Of a stretch of DNA of 64,000 nucleotides, positions 1-14,682 are shown one piece after another. The notes below the pieces were generated by a model. The model made no database searches, was not told the DNA's origin, and saw only the letters and a list, made by a program, of their open reading frames with translations. The translations under genes were made by a program, and so were the position numbers. Source of the stretch: Eledone cirrhosa (Eukaryota); contig OZ024744.1 of assembly GCA_964016885.1 (NCBI GenBank), positions 57,226,001 to 57,290,000 on the forward strand, given 5' to 3'. The first letter of the stretch is position 1. The number at the start of each line of letters is the position of its first letter.

Positions 1-276
1 CGTTATTATTATTGTTGTTATTATTATTATTATTATTATTGTTATGAATGTATGTGTGTATATGTGTGTGTGAGTGTGTGTGTGTGTGTGTATATATATG
101 TGTATGTATGTATATATATATATATATCTTTTTTTTTTAATTTTTATTTTCTTTTTATTTATTTATTATTATTATTATTATTATTTTTTTTTTTTCTTCT
201 CGTGCAATGGCCATACTCGATAACGAGGGGGCAGCCATCATCATCATGTATGTATGTATGTATGTATGTATGTATG

Positions 277-309
<33 letters not shown>

Positions 310-311
310 TT

Positions 312-680
312 TTAGTAAATATCATCTTGGTTAAGAGAGTGGGACTGGCTTTGTGCAGTGCCTTTGCTCACTATAAAAGCTTCACGGCACAGGCATTGCT
401 TTATATCTGGAGATCTCTCTGCACTTGTCGTCACATGGTACCATGGGCCCAGCACTGTGTCAATATTTGTCACAAGTGTAGTGTTTGTACCAGAGTTTTC
501 AAGTCGCTGGCTGGACTAAAAAGTCACTCGTTCAGCGCATCGGTAGGGGTTCTCCTATATGGATATAAAGTAGTGGCCGTACTCGAAAACGAGTTGGCAG
601 CCACCATGTATGTATGTATGTATGTATGTATGTATGTATGTATGTATGTATGTATGTATGTATGTATGTATGTATGTATG
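312..680 (+). mobile_element. 3' fragment of the same RTE-derived element with (TGTA)n tail
   Basis: CSVCTRVFKSLAGLKSH C2H2-like remnant; matches 38897-39195. Confidence 0.65.
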
Positions 681-822
681 TGTATTTGTATATATATGTA
701 TGTATCTGTGTGTATGTACGTATGTACGTATGTATGTAAGTACATATGTATGTATGCATGTATTTTATGTATGATTGTATGTGTGTATGCACGTACGTAT
801 GTATGTATCCATGTGTGTGTGT

Positions 823-889
<67 letters not shown>

Positions 890-1839
890 GTCCTATACGA
901 GCAAGACAACCAATCTTGCCTCAAGTGGGAAAATTCCCGTCCGAACCCATGCTAGCGTGGAAGATGGACGTTAAAAAATGATGATGATGATGATGATGAT
1001 ATACAAAAACACAAACCCCACAAACACACCCAGACAACATACACACATATATTATGACAATTAAGGGAGGGAATATTTTCAATATTTGTCAAAATAAAGT
1101 ATGTTTACAAATGGGTATTGTGTTAACAAAAGGCAGAAATACTTGAGATAAAGCTTTTAAGAATGCAACCACAAATGGATGTTTATCTCTATATCTGCTG
1201 ACATTGAACAGATTATGGTGGTCAGTGAGAAACTTATAATACAGACACATTTGTTGTGACATTGCACTTCAATATTATTAACTAGCAATAAGAAAAACAT
1301 ATGCAACAGCATTGACAATCTTGCATAGTGTTTATAGTTTTACCCTTCGCTCATTCACACATGCACACATATGCATGCACACACAGACACACACACACAC
1401 ACATGCACACACACACACATATATATATATGCACACACACATACACATGTACAGATATACACATACACACACACACACATATGCACACACACACATACAT
1501 ACATACATACAGACATACAGACACTCTCATACGTGCACACACACACATATGCACACACAGGCACACACACACGTATGCATACACACACATACACACATGT
1601 ACATACACATACACACACATAGATATGCACACACACGTGTGTGGGCACACACATACACACGTACAGACATACACATACACATACACATACACACACTCAT
1701 GCATGCAAACACACATATGCACACACACACATGCATAAACACGCATACATATACACACATACACACACACATACATACATACAGACACACATACTCATAC
1801 GTACACAGACATACACATACACACACATCCATTACACAT

Positions 1840-2125
1840 CTCCATCGGTTCCAACGAGTGTTCCAGTAGTTTGAATCAACTGAATAAGTAGGTGAGCATT
1901 CCACAGATGCATGTATCCTTGATGTAGTTCTCAGGGAGATTCAGCATGATACAGTGTGTGATTGAAGTCCTTTGAATTACTGGTACAGTTCATTTTTTTT
2001 TTTTTCCATTTGCGTGGACTGGAGCAATGTGAAATAAAGAATCTTGCTCAAGGACAACACACTGCTGAGAATCGAAATGATGATTTTACAGTTATGAGAG
2101 GAATACTCTAACCACAAAGCCACAT
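1840..2125 (-). mobile_element. tRNA-derived SINE family C (related copy at ~53560-53870)
   Basis: Degenerate tRNA head plus core CATTCCACAGA...CTTAATGTAGTTC shared between the two loci. Confidence 0.65.
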
Positions 2126-2129
2126 TCTG

Positions 2130-2188
<59 letters not shown>

Positions 2189-3997
2189 GACACACATACA
2201 TGCGTGTGCGCACACACACATACATACACACAAGACACACACACGACACACACAGAGATTTAGTCTACATCATCCCCACATGCAAATCTCTGAATGTAGA
2301 AGTTGAATTCCTCAAAATATTCTATAATAATTGTTTCTACTTTTGGCACAAGGCCAGCAATTATCCCAGTGTATTACTGGTACTTTATTTTATCGACCCC
2401 GTAAGGATGAAAGGCAAAGTTAACCTCGGCGGGATTTGAACTCAGACCATAAAGGGACGTAACTCTTTGCTGCAAAGCATGGTGTCCGACTCTCTACCGA
2501 TACTGCCAATTCACCGCCCTTGTATAATAATTGTTTATACTTTAGGCACAAGGCCAGCAATTTGAAGGGGAGGGGAAAGTCGATTAAATCGACTCCAGTA
2601 CATTACTGGTACTTTATTTTATTGCCATAAATTAAATACAGGTATCAAAGGAAAAATGCTTTATGGCATTTGCTCCTGTTCACTGTGTTCTGAGTTCAAA
2701 TCCTGCCGTGGTCAATATTGTTTTCTGTCCTTTTAAGTCAATAGAAAAATAAACCAGTCCAAGAGCAATACATTCTATCATAATTGTTTCTACTTTTGGC
2801 ACAAGGACAGCAATTATCTCAGTGTATTACTGGTACTTTATTTTATCGAGCCCGTAAGGATGAAAGGCAAAATTTAAACTCGGCGAGATTTGAACTCAGA
2901 CCGCAAAGGGTCGTAACTCTGTGTTGCAAAACATGGCGTCCAACCCTCTACCGATACTGCCACTCCACCGCGCTATAATAATGGTTTCTTATATAGGCAC
3001 AAAGCCAGCAATTTTGAGGGAGGGGAAAGTCGATTAAATCGAACCAGTGAATGACTGGTACTTTATTTTATCAACCCCGTAAGGATGAAAGGCAAAGTTA
3101 ACCTCGGCGGGATTTGAACTCAGATCATAAAGGGCTGAAAAGTATGGCGTCTGACCCTCTACCGATACTGCCAATCCACCGCCCTATAATAATGAGAATC
3201 AATTAAACAGCCGATCACAGACCCTCCAAATCAAACCAAGGAAACAATATTTCCATTGGTCTTTTCCATTGTTGATACTATCAGTCAGTGATCACAACTC
3301 CTGAGAGACAGAAGTGTCAGTGTTTTACTCCAGCCCCATCAAAGACAAGAAAGAGGAGAATAAATATAATAAGGCATCCTGTCCAATATTTTAAAAACTC
3401 CAACTATTGGTCTTGGACTGGTATATTATTTTATTGACCGAAAAGGACAGAAAACAATATTGACCACAGCAGGATTTGAACTCAGAACATAGTGAACAGG
3501 AGTAAATACCACAAAGTATTTTTTTTCCCTGTGCACTAATTATATTTAATACCTATATTTAATTTATGGCAAAATCTTTTTCAAAAAGATGATTTAAATG
3601 AAAAATAGCTTTGTATTTGTTGATGTCAATGATGATAATTTAGTTGTTTATAAAATAGGTACAGTGTATCCCTATTGTGGGAGGGTTGACTTCAGGAAAT
3701 GTATCCAGCTATAAAACATGTTCTTCAAAAGTTCTGTCTAACCTACTAACCTATTCCAGCATCGAAAAGAGACATAAAAACGATGATGGTGAAAATGTTG
3801 ATAAATGATGTTGATGTTCATAGTCCTGTATTAACTTAGTAGCATGAATAGCGTTTTCGTGGTTCCTGAATTTGTAGGGGGCTTGCAATAAGTACTTTAT
3901 ACTATAGTACTATAGTGCCTTTAACGTTTTACATTTTTTTTTATTTGGCGCTTCTTTATAATATATGCTACAAGCCCTGCATTAAAATTATCTGGTA

Positions 3998-4091
<94 letters not shown>

Positions 4092-4478
4092 TCATTTCAT
4101 CATTTCATTTTACATCCGCTTTTTCCCTACTTGCAAGGGTGGGACGGGAACTGATTCTGGCTTGATTTCTACAGCTGGATGTCCTTCCTAACACCAACCT
4201 CATTTACAGTGAGTGGTGGGTGCTTTTTTCCGTGGCGCCTACACGTCCACTTTGCAGTGGAATGATAGGAACCCCAGTCCCTATCATCTCATTTCTACAG
4301 CTGAGTAAACTGGAGCAATGTGAAATAAAGTGTCTTGCTCAAGGAAACAACACATCACCCGGTCTGAGAATTGAACTCACAACCTTTCGATTGCAAGGCC
4401 AATGCTCTAAGCACTAAGCCATGTGCCTATCTCTCTCTCTCTCCCTCTCTCTCTCTCTCCCTCTCTCTCTCTCACTCA

Positions 4479-4656
<178 letters not shown>

Positions 4657-4688
4657 AAAAAGAATAGAGGTGTAACACACGAGTTGTG

Positions 4689-5075
4689 ATATATTAGTAT
4701 AAGGAAAAGAAAATGCTGACAAATTTTTCCCAGTGAAAAATAGTTTAATTAGGAATAAGTATAAATTAGTAATAAGTATTGGTTAGTATTCAGTTTTAGT
4801 TTTAAGTTTTACCGGTTGCGCATTTCTAATGCTTTTCAAAAATAATTTTGAGATAGAGCGCCCGTGATGTTTGCTCTAATCAGATTAGAACAAACATCAC
4901 GGGCGCTCTATCTCAAAATTATGTTTGAAAAGCATTAGAAATGCGCAACCGGTAAAAACTTAAAACCGAAACTGAATATTAACCAATACTTATTACTAAT
5001 TTATACTTATTCCTAATTAAACTATTTTTCACTGGGAAAAATTTGTCAGCATTTTCTTTTCCTTTTACTAATATA
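4689..5075. repeat. ~190-bp-arm palindrome between (TA)n tracts
   Basis: Arms are near-perfect reverse complements around a 3-nt spacer at ~4881-4883. Confidence 0.92.
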
Positions 5076-5585
5076 TATATATATAAATATATCGGAGTAT
5101 CGCTTAAGGCTTTCTCTGTTTATGTATTGAATATTTACTCTTGGGAACGGACATACACTCCAGTTATAGGGTATGACTCTCTTTATTATTATTATTTTTT
5201 ATATGAAATACTGATTGATCTTCCTTGTATCCCATGTCTGATTTAGCCTTAAAGAATAACTGTGTGTATGTTTGGGTGATCCATACATGTATTTATTATG
5301 TTTTAATATCTCTGAGTGTGCATTGGTTATATATACATATGATTATTCTTTTAAATTTCCAATTGAGTTCTTATACACGTGGTTTATACCTAACAGGTTT
5401 AATTGATCAGCGTGTATATTGTTTTATTTTATGATGACCTCCCTTTACCCTTTTGGGGACAGCGTGTAATTTTTATTTGGGAGAACTGCTGGATTTTAAT
5501 CTACCAGTCTCTTCTTAGCGCTGAGGGAGACCATCACCAGTGTATTGATGTCGATATAATTCTTATATCGATATTAATTTGGGCA

Positions 5586-5709
5586 TCCACTAATGAGTTT
5601 ATAAGAGCCCGCTTGTGTATAAAACTATGGATTATATACAAGTTTCTACATAACTTGGAAATTATTTATCCCAATTTGTAGAAATCTTATAACGAAACGG
5701 CCGTCTGGA
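5586..5709 (+). ncRNA. Type I hammerhead-like motif with branched stem II, core variant CTAATGA
   Basis: TCCA-CTAATGA-GTTTATAAGA...TCTTATAAC-GAAA-CGGCC-GTC^TGGA. Palindromic stem III ACGGCCGT. G5>A is probably inactivating. Confidence 0.7.
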
Positions 5710-6113
5710 AGGAAAGAGATATTTATTTAATGTCTCATATAAAATAATTGTTTCTACTTTTGCCACAAGGCCAGCAATTAACAAGTACATTACTGGTACT
5801 TTATTTTATCGACCCCGTAAGGATGAAAGGCAAAGTCAACCTATATAAAATAATACAACCAATTTTCCACGAAATACTGATTATTTTTTATTTTTTATGC
5901 TCTTTCCTACGTCCCTCTACACACTATACATCTCATTCTACATTCCCTTACATCTCTCTCTTCACCACCGGATCTTGTTACCCGGAGAATTACCCATCTG
6001 CATTGTTGAGGCTTCCAAAACGACCAAAAGAAAATAAATCTTATATATATATATGTTAAAAATTTCCTTTACCTTTTCTACGGAAACACTTAACAAATAT
6101 ATCTATATCTATA

Positions 6114-6159
<46 letters not shown>

Positions 6160-6273
6160 TATAGATATAGATATATATGTGGCACAGATAAATCCAGAAT
6201 TTTTACATGATAACAGTGCAGTGACTAGACGATTCTTACAGAAATGTCCAGCTCGTTCGTCAGACAAAATAAT

Positions 6274-6355
6274 TAATTATTTTGTCTGACGAACGAGCTG
6301 GACATTTCTGTAAGAATTGTCTAGTTTCCTGAAACCTTCGGTAATGAAATAATTA
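6274..6355 (+). ncRNA. Type I hammerhead ribozyme
   Basis: TAATTATTTTGT-CTGACGA-long stem II (GAGCTGGACA/TGTCTAGTTT)-GAAA-CCTTCG-GTA^ATGAAATAATTA. 12-bp stem I including G-U pairs. Confidence 0.8.
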
Positions 6356-6895
6356 TATTGTATTGTTTATTATGTAATTAAATGATCTCGCTCGCAAACT
6401 TTGTAAACACTTTGCTCCTTCTCTCATACCCCCCCCTCCCGCAAGTATAAAATAAATCTTGCTAGTTCCCAAGGACAGAATTTATCGATATAATCTATCT
6501 TACGGACGTTCTGTCGATTTTGAGAATGTAAGCAATACTTGTCTTTTCTTTTATCCGTAGTCTTCTCAATAAGCAGTGTTTTAAACTCCTATTTATGCCA
6601 GTCTAAATTTCAAATTCTCCGTTTTCCTCTCGGATTTTCAATTATTATTTTACATGTTTTTAATAATGTCTCAATCTGTTGGACCCTTCCTAATAACTAA
6701 CCTTCTCCTAAAGTTACCATTTTCCCGCCCCTACCCCCACACACCACCATTGCTATATGGTCCAATCATAACTCAGCGGCTTTAGTAAGTTCTCTAACAA
6801 ATCAATATAGCAAAGCTACCACCCCGGTTACTACTCCTTAAGTTTAGACCTGTTTGATGGGTTGACTGCGGAAATTTGGAAAGTCTAAGCACTCA

Positions 6896-9800
6896 ATGAC
6901 AATGTCACAGATAAAGATAAATTCACCTCCCGCTGCAAGACAAGAATACAAGGACCCCTCTTTATTTCAGACACGGATGACCAACATAATTCCGTCTCCC
7001 ACACCCCTCCCTGCCCCTCCAACCCATCCATCCCACCCTCCTAACTTCAGAGTCGGTACCATGAACGTAGGCACACTGAAAGGTCGCTCAAATGCTGTTG
7101 TAGAGATACTTGAACGTAAAGAAGTTGATGTTTATTGTATTCAAGATACTAGGTGGAAAGGAGGGGGGGGGGGTCTGCCAGATTCATCGTGGGTAAAAAA
7201 CGATGCTATAAACTTTTCTGGGTGGGAAATGACACGGGACAGGGTGGTGTAGGAATTATGTTAGCTGAAAAATGGGTAGTTAAGGTAATTGACGTAAATA
7301 GAGTGAATGACAGAATAATTAAATTAAGACTAGTTCTAAATAGAACTACTGTGACAATAATATCCGCTTATGCACCCCAATCTGGTCTACCTGATGTTAT
7401 AAAGGACGAGATGCTAATGCACACTACCTCCCAAATAACCGACAGCGTCTACTTAATTATTGCTGGCGATCTAAACGGTCACGTTGGACAACATAGTGAT
7501 GGCTATGACGGAATCCATGGAGGCTATGGGTTTGGAAATAGAAATGAGGAGGCTCTTCAGAATCCTGGAATTCTGTGACGCAAATAGCCTAACTATCTGT
7601 AACACAAACTTCAAAAAACGTGAAAACCACTTGATCACCTATCGATCAGGGGAACACGCCAGCCAGATAGATTATATCCTTACTAGAAGACTGGACAAAG
7701 TGTCTGTTGTAAATACTAAATCTCTCCCCCGTGAAGAATGCACCTCCCAAAATAGCCTAGTAGTTAGTGACCTCATAGTCAGGAATAAACGTACTCGACG
7801 ACAGAGGAGGCCTACCTTGAGGAGAAGAATATGGAAGTTGAAGGACCCCATAGCCAGTGACAAATTTAAAAGCTTATTACTTGATGCCTTTGACAATAAG
7901 GAAGAGTAATTAGAGACGTGTGATGTAGAGGAACAGTGGCAGTTCTTGAAAGTGAACCTGCTGAAAGCAACGGATGAAATCTGTAGCTGGAGCAGACCTA
8001 TTGGCAGGAGGAGAGTAACTTGGTGGTGGAACAGTAAGGTGGAAGAGACAATCAAGGCCAAAAAGCAGGCTTGGAAAGTATGGCAGGGTGGGGGAAGTAG
8101 AGAGCACTATCAAGTGGCCAGGAGAGAAGCTAGGAGGCAAGTGTACCTTGCAAAAAGGGTAGCAGAGGATAGAAAGTTCAAGCATGTTCTACAACGTGAG
8201 GTCAAAAAACGTGAGGTGTTCAGGATTGCTAGACAATGTGTCAAGGAAAACCGTGGTATTGTCGGGGAGAAGTGTGTCTGTAATGATAATGGTGTACTTG
8301 CGCTCACTGATACTGATAAGAAGATAGCCTGGAAGTGTCACTACGAGAGACTATTAAATGAGGAGAATAAATGGGAAAAAGATAGTCTGCCCCAAATCGA
8401 TCCAATAGAAGGACCAGCGGTGCAAGTTAAAGGTAGTATAATAAGTAAGGCAATCAAAGATATGAAGACAGGCAAGGCAGCTGGGCCTTCGGAGATAGTT
8501 GCTGAGATGTTGAAGGCATCTGGAATGGTGGGACACTCTATGGTCATCCGTATAGTTAACCAAGTAATACAGAATGGGGTCATACCGAAAGACTGGCGTA
8601 GCAGCAGCATCATTAACTGCTACAAGGGTAAAGGGGGTGCTCTAGATAGGGGAAGCTATAGAGGCATTAAGTTAGTTGACCAGGTCATGAAGGTCACAGA
8701 AAGAGTTATAGCGCAACTAATCAGAGAGCGAATTGATCTAGATGAAATGCAGTTTGGGTTTGTGCCAGGTAAAAGTACCACAGATGCTCTTTTCCTTGTA
8801 CGACAACTAGCTAGAAGTAAACCCCTCTACTTAGTTTTGTAGACCTGGAGAAAGCCTTTGACAGAGTCCCCCGCTCCATTATCTGGTGGGCTCTTAGAAA
8901 ACTAGGTGTAGATGAATGGCTTGTGAGAGCTATACAAGCTATGTATAATGAAACAGTCAGTAAGGTTAGAATTAACAATGAATATTGTGAAGAATTTAGT
9001 GTAATAGTTGTCGCTCATCAATGCTCTGTCCTTATCCCCCTCCTATTTATTTAGCCCTTCAGGCTATAACAGAGAAGTTCAAGACCGGCTGCCCATGGGA
9101 ACTCCTATACGCAGCTGATCTAACGCTCATAGCTGAAACAATGGCTGAACTAGAGAAGAAATTCGAAACATGGAAGCATGGCCTAGAATCAAAAGGCCTT
9201 AAAGTTAAATTGTCTAAGATTAAAGTTCTAGTTTGTAGAAAGGAAAATAGGGCACAGGTGCCCTCAGAGAAATGGTCATGCTCAGTGTGTAGGAAAGGAG
9301 TAGGCAGAAATTCCATTTTATGTCCCAAATGCAAAGTATGGGTACATAAAAGATGTAGTGGGATCACAGGTAAACTATCTAAGAATGTTGACTTTATATG
9401 TGGCCAATGCTCAGGTGCAATAAATAGCAAGTGTCCACAGGATACTAGCTCCTTCTATTGCCCAGATGGTTCTATAGAAATAGTAGACACTTTCCGTTAC
9501 CTGGGTGACGAAATCAGCAGTGGTGGAGGGTGTTCTGAAAGTACAGTAGCCAGAGTCAGAACGGGATGGAAAAGTTCAGAGAGCTTATACTGCTGTTGGC
9601 CACAAAAGGTTTCTCTCTAAAATGAAAGGCTGATTGTATGATGCCTGTATACGAACAGCAATGCTACATGGCAGTGAGACATGGGCATTACGTGCGCAGA
9701 CTGGAAAGGAACGAAGCATGCATGCTCCGTTGGATGTATAATAGTAATATACGTGTACGGCAAAGCATAAATGAACTAAGTGAGAAATTAGGAATAAGAG

Positions 9801-10047
9801 GGATCAGATGTGTTTATTTGAGAGAAGACTGCGTTGGTATGGTCACGTGACGCGCATGAAAGATGACAGCTGCATAAAAAAGTGCAGGGCGATCAAAATT
9901 GATGATAGTTTCGGAGTAGGTAGACCCAGAAAAACCTTGGACGATCTGATAAATTCTGACTTTACACACTTGCAACTCTCTAAGACAATGTCACTGGACC
10001 GGGATATTTGGCACTACGCAGTAATACAGAAGACCCGCCTTGCCTAA
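6896..10047 (+). pseudogene. RTE-clade LINE ORF (APE endonuclease + RT + PHD-like finger), frameshifted
   Basis: GTMNVGTL, CIQDTRW, ISAYAPQ, AGDLNGHVG, SQIDYIL; YRGIKL, QFGFVPGKSTTDA, DLEKAFDRVP, LLYAADL, FRYLG, RLRWYGHV. Downstream sequence ends in an (ATG)n tail at ~10400-10435. Confidence 0.93.
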
Positions 10048-10398
10048 GTACAAAGCGAAACCTACAGTCAGTAGGCACCTCTTAACCAAATATACACCCC
10101 AATCCACTACCCCTACCCTATCCTCCCACTCTCACCAAGACCACGAGATAATGAGATCGAGATTGTGTAGGTGTCACGACAAAAACACACGCAGTCCACG
10201 CTGTAATGTGGCCGTGTAGGTAACACGGTAAAAAGTTCCCAGTCCACACTGTAAATGTGGTTGGTGTTAGGAAGGGCATCCAGCCGTAGAATACCTGCCA
10301 GACAGTCCTATACGAGCGAGACACGATCACCCGACCAGCCTTGCCTCAAGCGGGACAACTCCCGTCTAACCCATGCTAGCGTGGAAGATGGACGTTAA

Positions 10399-10436
<38 letters not shown>

Positions 10437-10527
10437 ATATATAAGTTTATCCCGGGTTCAATCAGGGTTAACCACAGTAAGTAAGGTACTCAATACAAAG
10501 CAGGGTATAAATATTTAATATAGAAAT

Positions 10528-10578
10528 GGCTTCTATGTGACTAGAACTGTTTCATTCCGGAGAAATCATCAGGAAGCC
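10528..10578 (-). ncRNA. Hammerhead-like motif in a PLE terminal fragment
   Basis: Minus strand: GGCTTC-CTGATGA-TTTC(TCCG)GAAT-GAAA-CAGTTCTA-GTC-acata-GAAGCC. Stem I is displaced by 5 nt. Confidence 0.5.
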
Positions 10579-10996
10579 AACTGTCCAAGTAATATGGTGA
10601 TATTTATATCTTTTCTGGTGGTAGGCGAGGGTGGTGATTGGGATGGGTGGAGGTCATTGGTTGGTGAGTTTAAAGAAAAGGGAATTCTTTAAAAACTATA
10701 TTTAGAGTAACAAAGGCAGAAAGAATTCTATAAACAAGTTCACACTGGGGGTACTACTCCTGATTTTTAAGGTTCACTTAAGCTATCAGATGCCTACAAA
10801 CACACTCTCACGTTTACTCATTTACTTTTATATATATATATATATATATATACATATATAGGTGGTGGAACACTGGAAGGTAATGTCCGTAGTGGTAGAG
10901 CACTCAGTCCAAGGGACGAGTTAGTTAGAAGTGGTTACACAACAGTTAGTTCACCATACCGAGAACAATTGTTTCACCTTCGCGGATCTTCAGATC

Positions 10997-11036
10997 CCGA
11001 GCTGAAGATCCGCGAAGGTGAAACAATTATTCTCGG
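10997..11036 (+). ncRNA. Minimal type I hammerhead ribozyme
   Basis: CCGAG-CTGAAGA-TCC(GCGAA)GGT-GAAA-CAATTA-TT^CTCGG. The inverted copy at ~10958-10993 retains the palindromic stem III ACAATTGT. Confidence 0.75.
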
Positions 11037-11063
11037 TATGGTGAACTAACTGTTGTGTAACCA

Positions 11064-11118
<55 letters not shown>

Positions 11119-11263
11119 AGGGTTGACGGACCCAGCATATTTATCAATGCCAGTACCGGTTGTATCTCAGCGCACTCAATGGACAATGTAAGATACATTA
11201 CCAGAGTATACACATAGTTATTTGCCTCAACACAACACACGTAAAACGGGTGCACATAAGGTT

Positions 11264-11373
11264 CCCGGACTCGAGTTTCTGCACCACTAATGCATCAGTA
11301 AGGTGCACTGCACCATCTGTCTGCATATATTATGCAACAATGCACAATCGGCTTATGCGGCTTCATCAGCGGG
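11264..11373 (-). ncRNA. Type I hammerhead-like motif with ~80-nt stem-II insert
   Basis: Minus strand: CCCG-CTGATGA-...-GAAA-CTCGA-GTC^CGGG. Palindromic stem III ACTCGAGT. Stem II closure is unclear. Confidence 0.65.
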
Positions 11374-11492
11374 TATCGCCTAATCAATAACCAATCGATC
11401 GTCATAATCCAAACACCGGCATATATATATTTATATATTTATACAAATATATATATATACATACACAATATATACATATATATACACACACA

Positions 11493-11523
<31 letters not shown>

Positions 11524-11639
11524 TATATATATATACACATATACATATATATATATATATATATACATTCATACATACACATATATATATACATATACAC
11601 ACATACATATACATATATTTACATAAAAACACACATACA

Positions 11640-12179
11640 AAAACAAAGGACAGGTTGGAAAAAGTTTAGGAAGCTGCTTCCTCTGCTGACAAATAAGGGT
11701 GTCTCCCTACGTAAGAAAGGCCGGTTATATGATGCCTGTGTCAGATGCGCGATGCTGCATGGTAGTGAGACATGGGTAGCAACTGCAGAGGATATGCGAC
11801 GGCTGGAGAGTAATGAAGGAAGCATGTTCCATTGGATGCGCAATGTCAATGCATAGATGAGTTGAGAGAGAAACTGTGTATAAGAAGGATAAGTTGTAGT
11901 GTGCAGGAGAGAAGACTGAGATGGTATGGACATGTGATGCGCATGGAGGGTGGCTGCTGGGTAAAAAAGTGCCAGGAAATCCCAGTAGAAGGAAGACGCA
12001 GCAGAGGTAGATCACAAAAAACATGGGCGGAGGTGGTGAGGGCAGACCTCAGATCGTTGAAGCCCACAGAGGAGATGACAAAGGATCGTGAAAGTGGAGA
12101 GATGCTGTGCTGAATAGGACCCGTCCCACCCTTCCTTGCAAGCAGGGAGAAGTGGACGTAAAGTGATGATGATGATGAT
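11640..12179 (+). mobile_element. RTE LINE 3' fragment with (GAT)n tail
   Basis: [14 protein letters not shown]...MLHGSETW...RRLRWYGHVMR...RGRSQKTW, followed by the tail. Confidence 0.9.
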
Positions 12180-12200
12180 ATACACACACATATATACATA

Positions 12201-13632
<1,432 letters not shown>

Positions 13633-13733
13633 CTGCTGGTTCACTGTCCTTCACGTGCTATCACTTCTCCCTACCGCGTGGCGGAAGACGGTTATCTTAA
13701 GTATTTTAGAGTTATCTGGAATGTATCTGCTAA

Positions 13734-13816
13734 ACACACGCTGATGAGCCATTGGTATTTCCATTTCAGTCACAAATTTTTTGGCGAAACGAATTCCTTT
13801 GGATTTGTACGTGTGT
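13734..13816 (+). ncRNA. Type I hammerhead ribozyme, canonical
   Basis: ACACACG-CTGATGA-GCCA...TGGC-GAAA-CGAATTCC(TTT)GGATTT-GTA^CGTGTGT. Perfect 7-bp stem I and G-C closed stem II. Lies in a ~350-bp island between (TA)n tracts. Confidence 0.9.
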
Positions 13817-13979
13817 AATATATAGTTATAGAGGTGGGTATATGCATTTTGATTTATAGTTTTAATTATTATGTGTCTAACTCACCTTCCGTAGTTTATA
13901 GATTCCATGTTTATTGATTGCACACACTCTCTCTCTCTAGTGTGTTATCCTTTCTACATATTGTATTTTATGTATATAT

Positions 13980-14270
13980 CTATATCTAGGGCGGGTAAAA
14001 TTCCCGAGATCCATGGACGAGTTTTCTCCAGCGGTCCCTGTCCCTCATTATCGCTGCCATGTCCTGCGTCTCCAACAGACCAGTGGCTGTCCTTAGGGCA
14101 TCAACATACGTTAACTTTGGTCTTCTACTTCCAGTGTGTCCATGTAGGGGCTCCCACAGGAGCACTGAGTGCAATGTCAACTCTGGATGTCGGTGAGCAT
14201 GTCCAGCTAACCTCAGTTTCCTCTGTGTCACTTTTGAGCTGACTTTTGGGCGGCTCCCATGCAGCTTCCA

Positions 14271-14350
<80 letters not shown>

Positions 14351-14682
14351 GTGACAAACACAGTGAAGGAGGCAGAGGATTTGATGCAGGAGGGAAGACC
14401 GTTTCGATGAGTGTGGGACTGAGAATGAATGAGATTAAGACAAAAGTGACACAGAGGAGATTGAGGTTAGCTGGACATGCTCACCGACATCCAGAGTTGA
14501 CACTGCACTCACTGTTCCTGAGGGAGCCCCTGCATGGACACACTGGAAGAGGAAGACCGAGGTTAACATATGTTGACACTGGTCTCTTGGATACGCAGGA
14601 CATGGCAGCGATAATGAGGGACAGAGACCGCTGGAGAGAACTCGTCCATGGATCTCGGGAATTTTACCCGCCCTAGATATAG

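Noticed and set aside
52-1904. Many YI, CV, HT and MYVC-repeat ORFs here and throughout the window
   Set aside because: Microsatellite translations.
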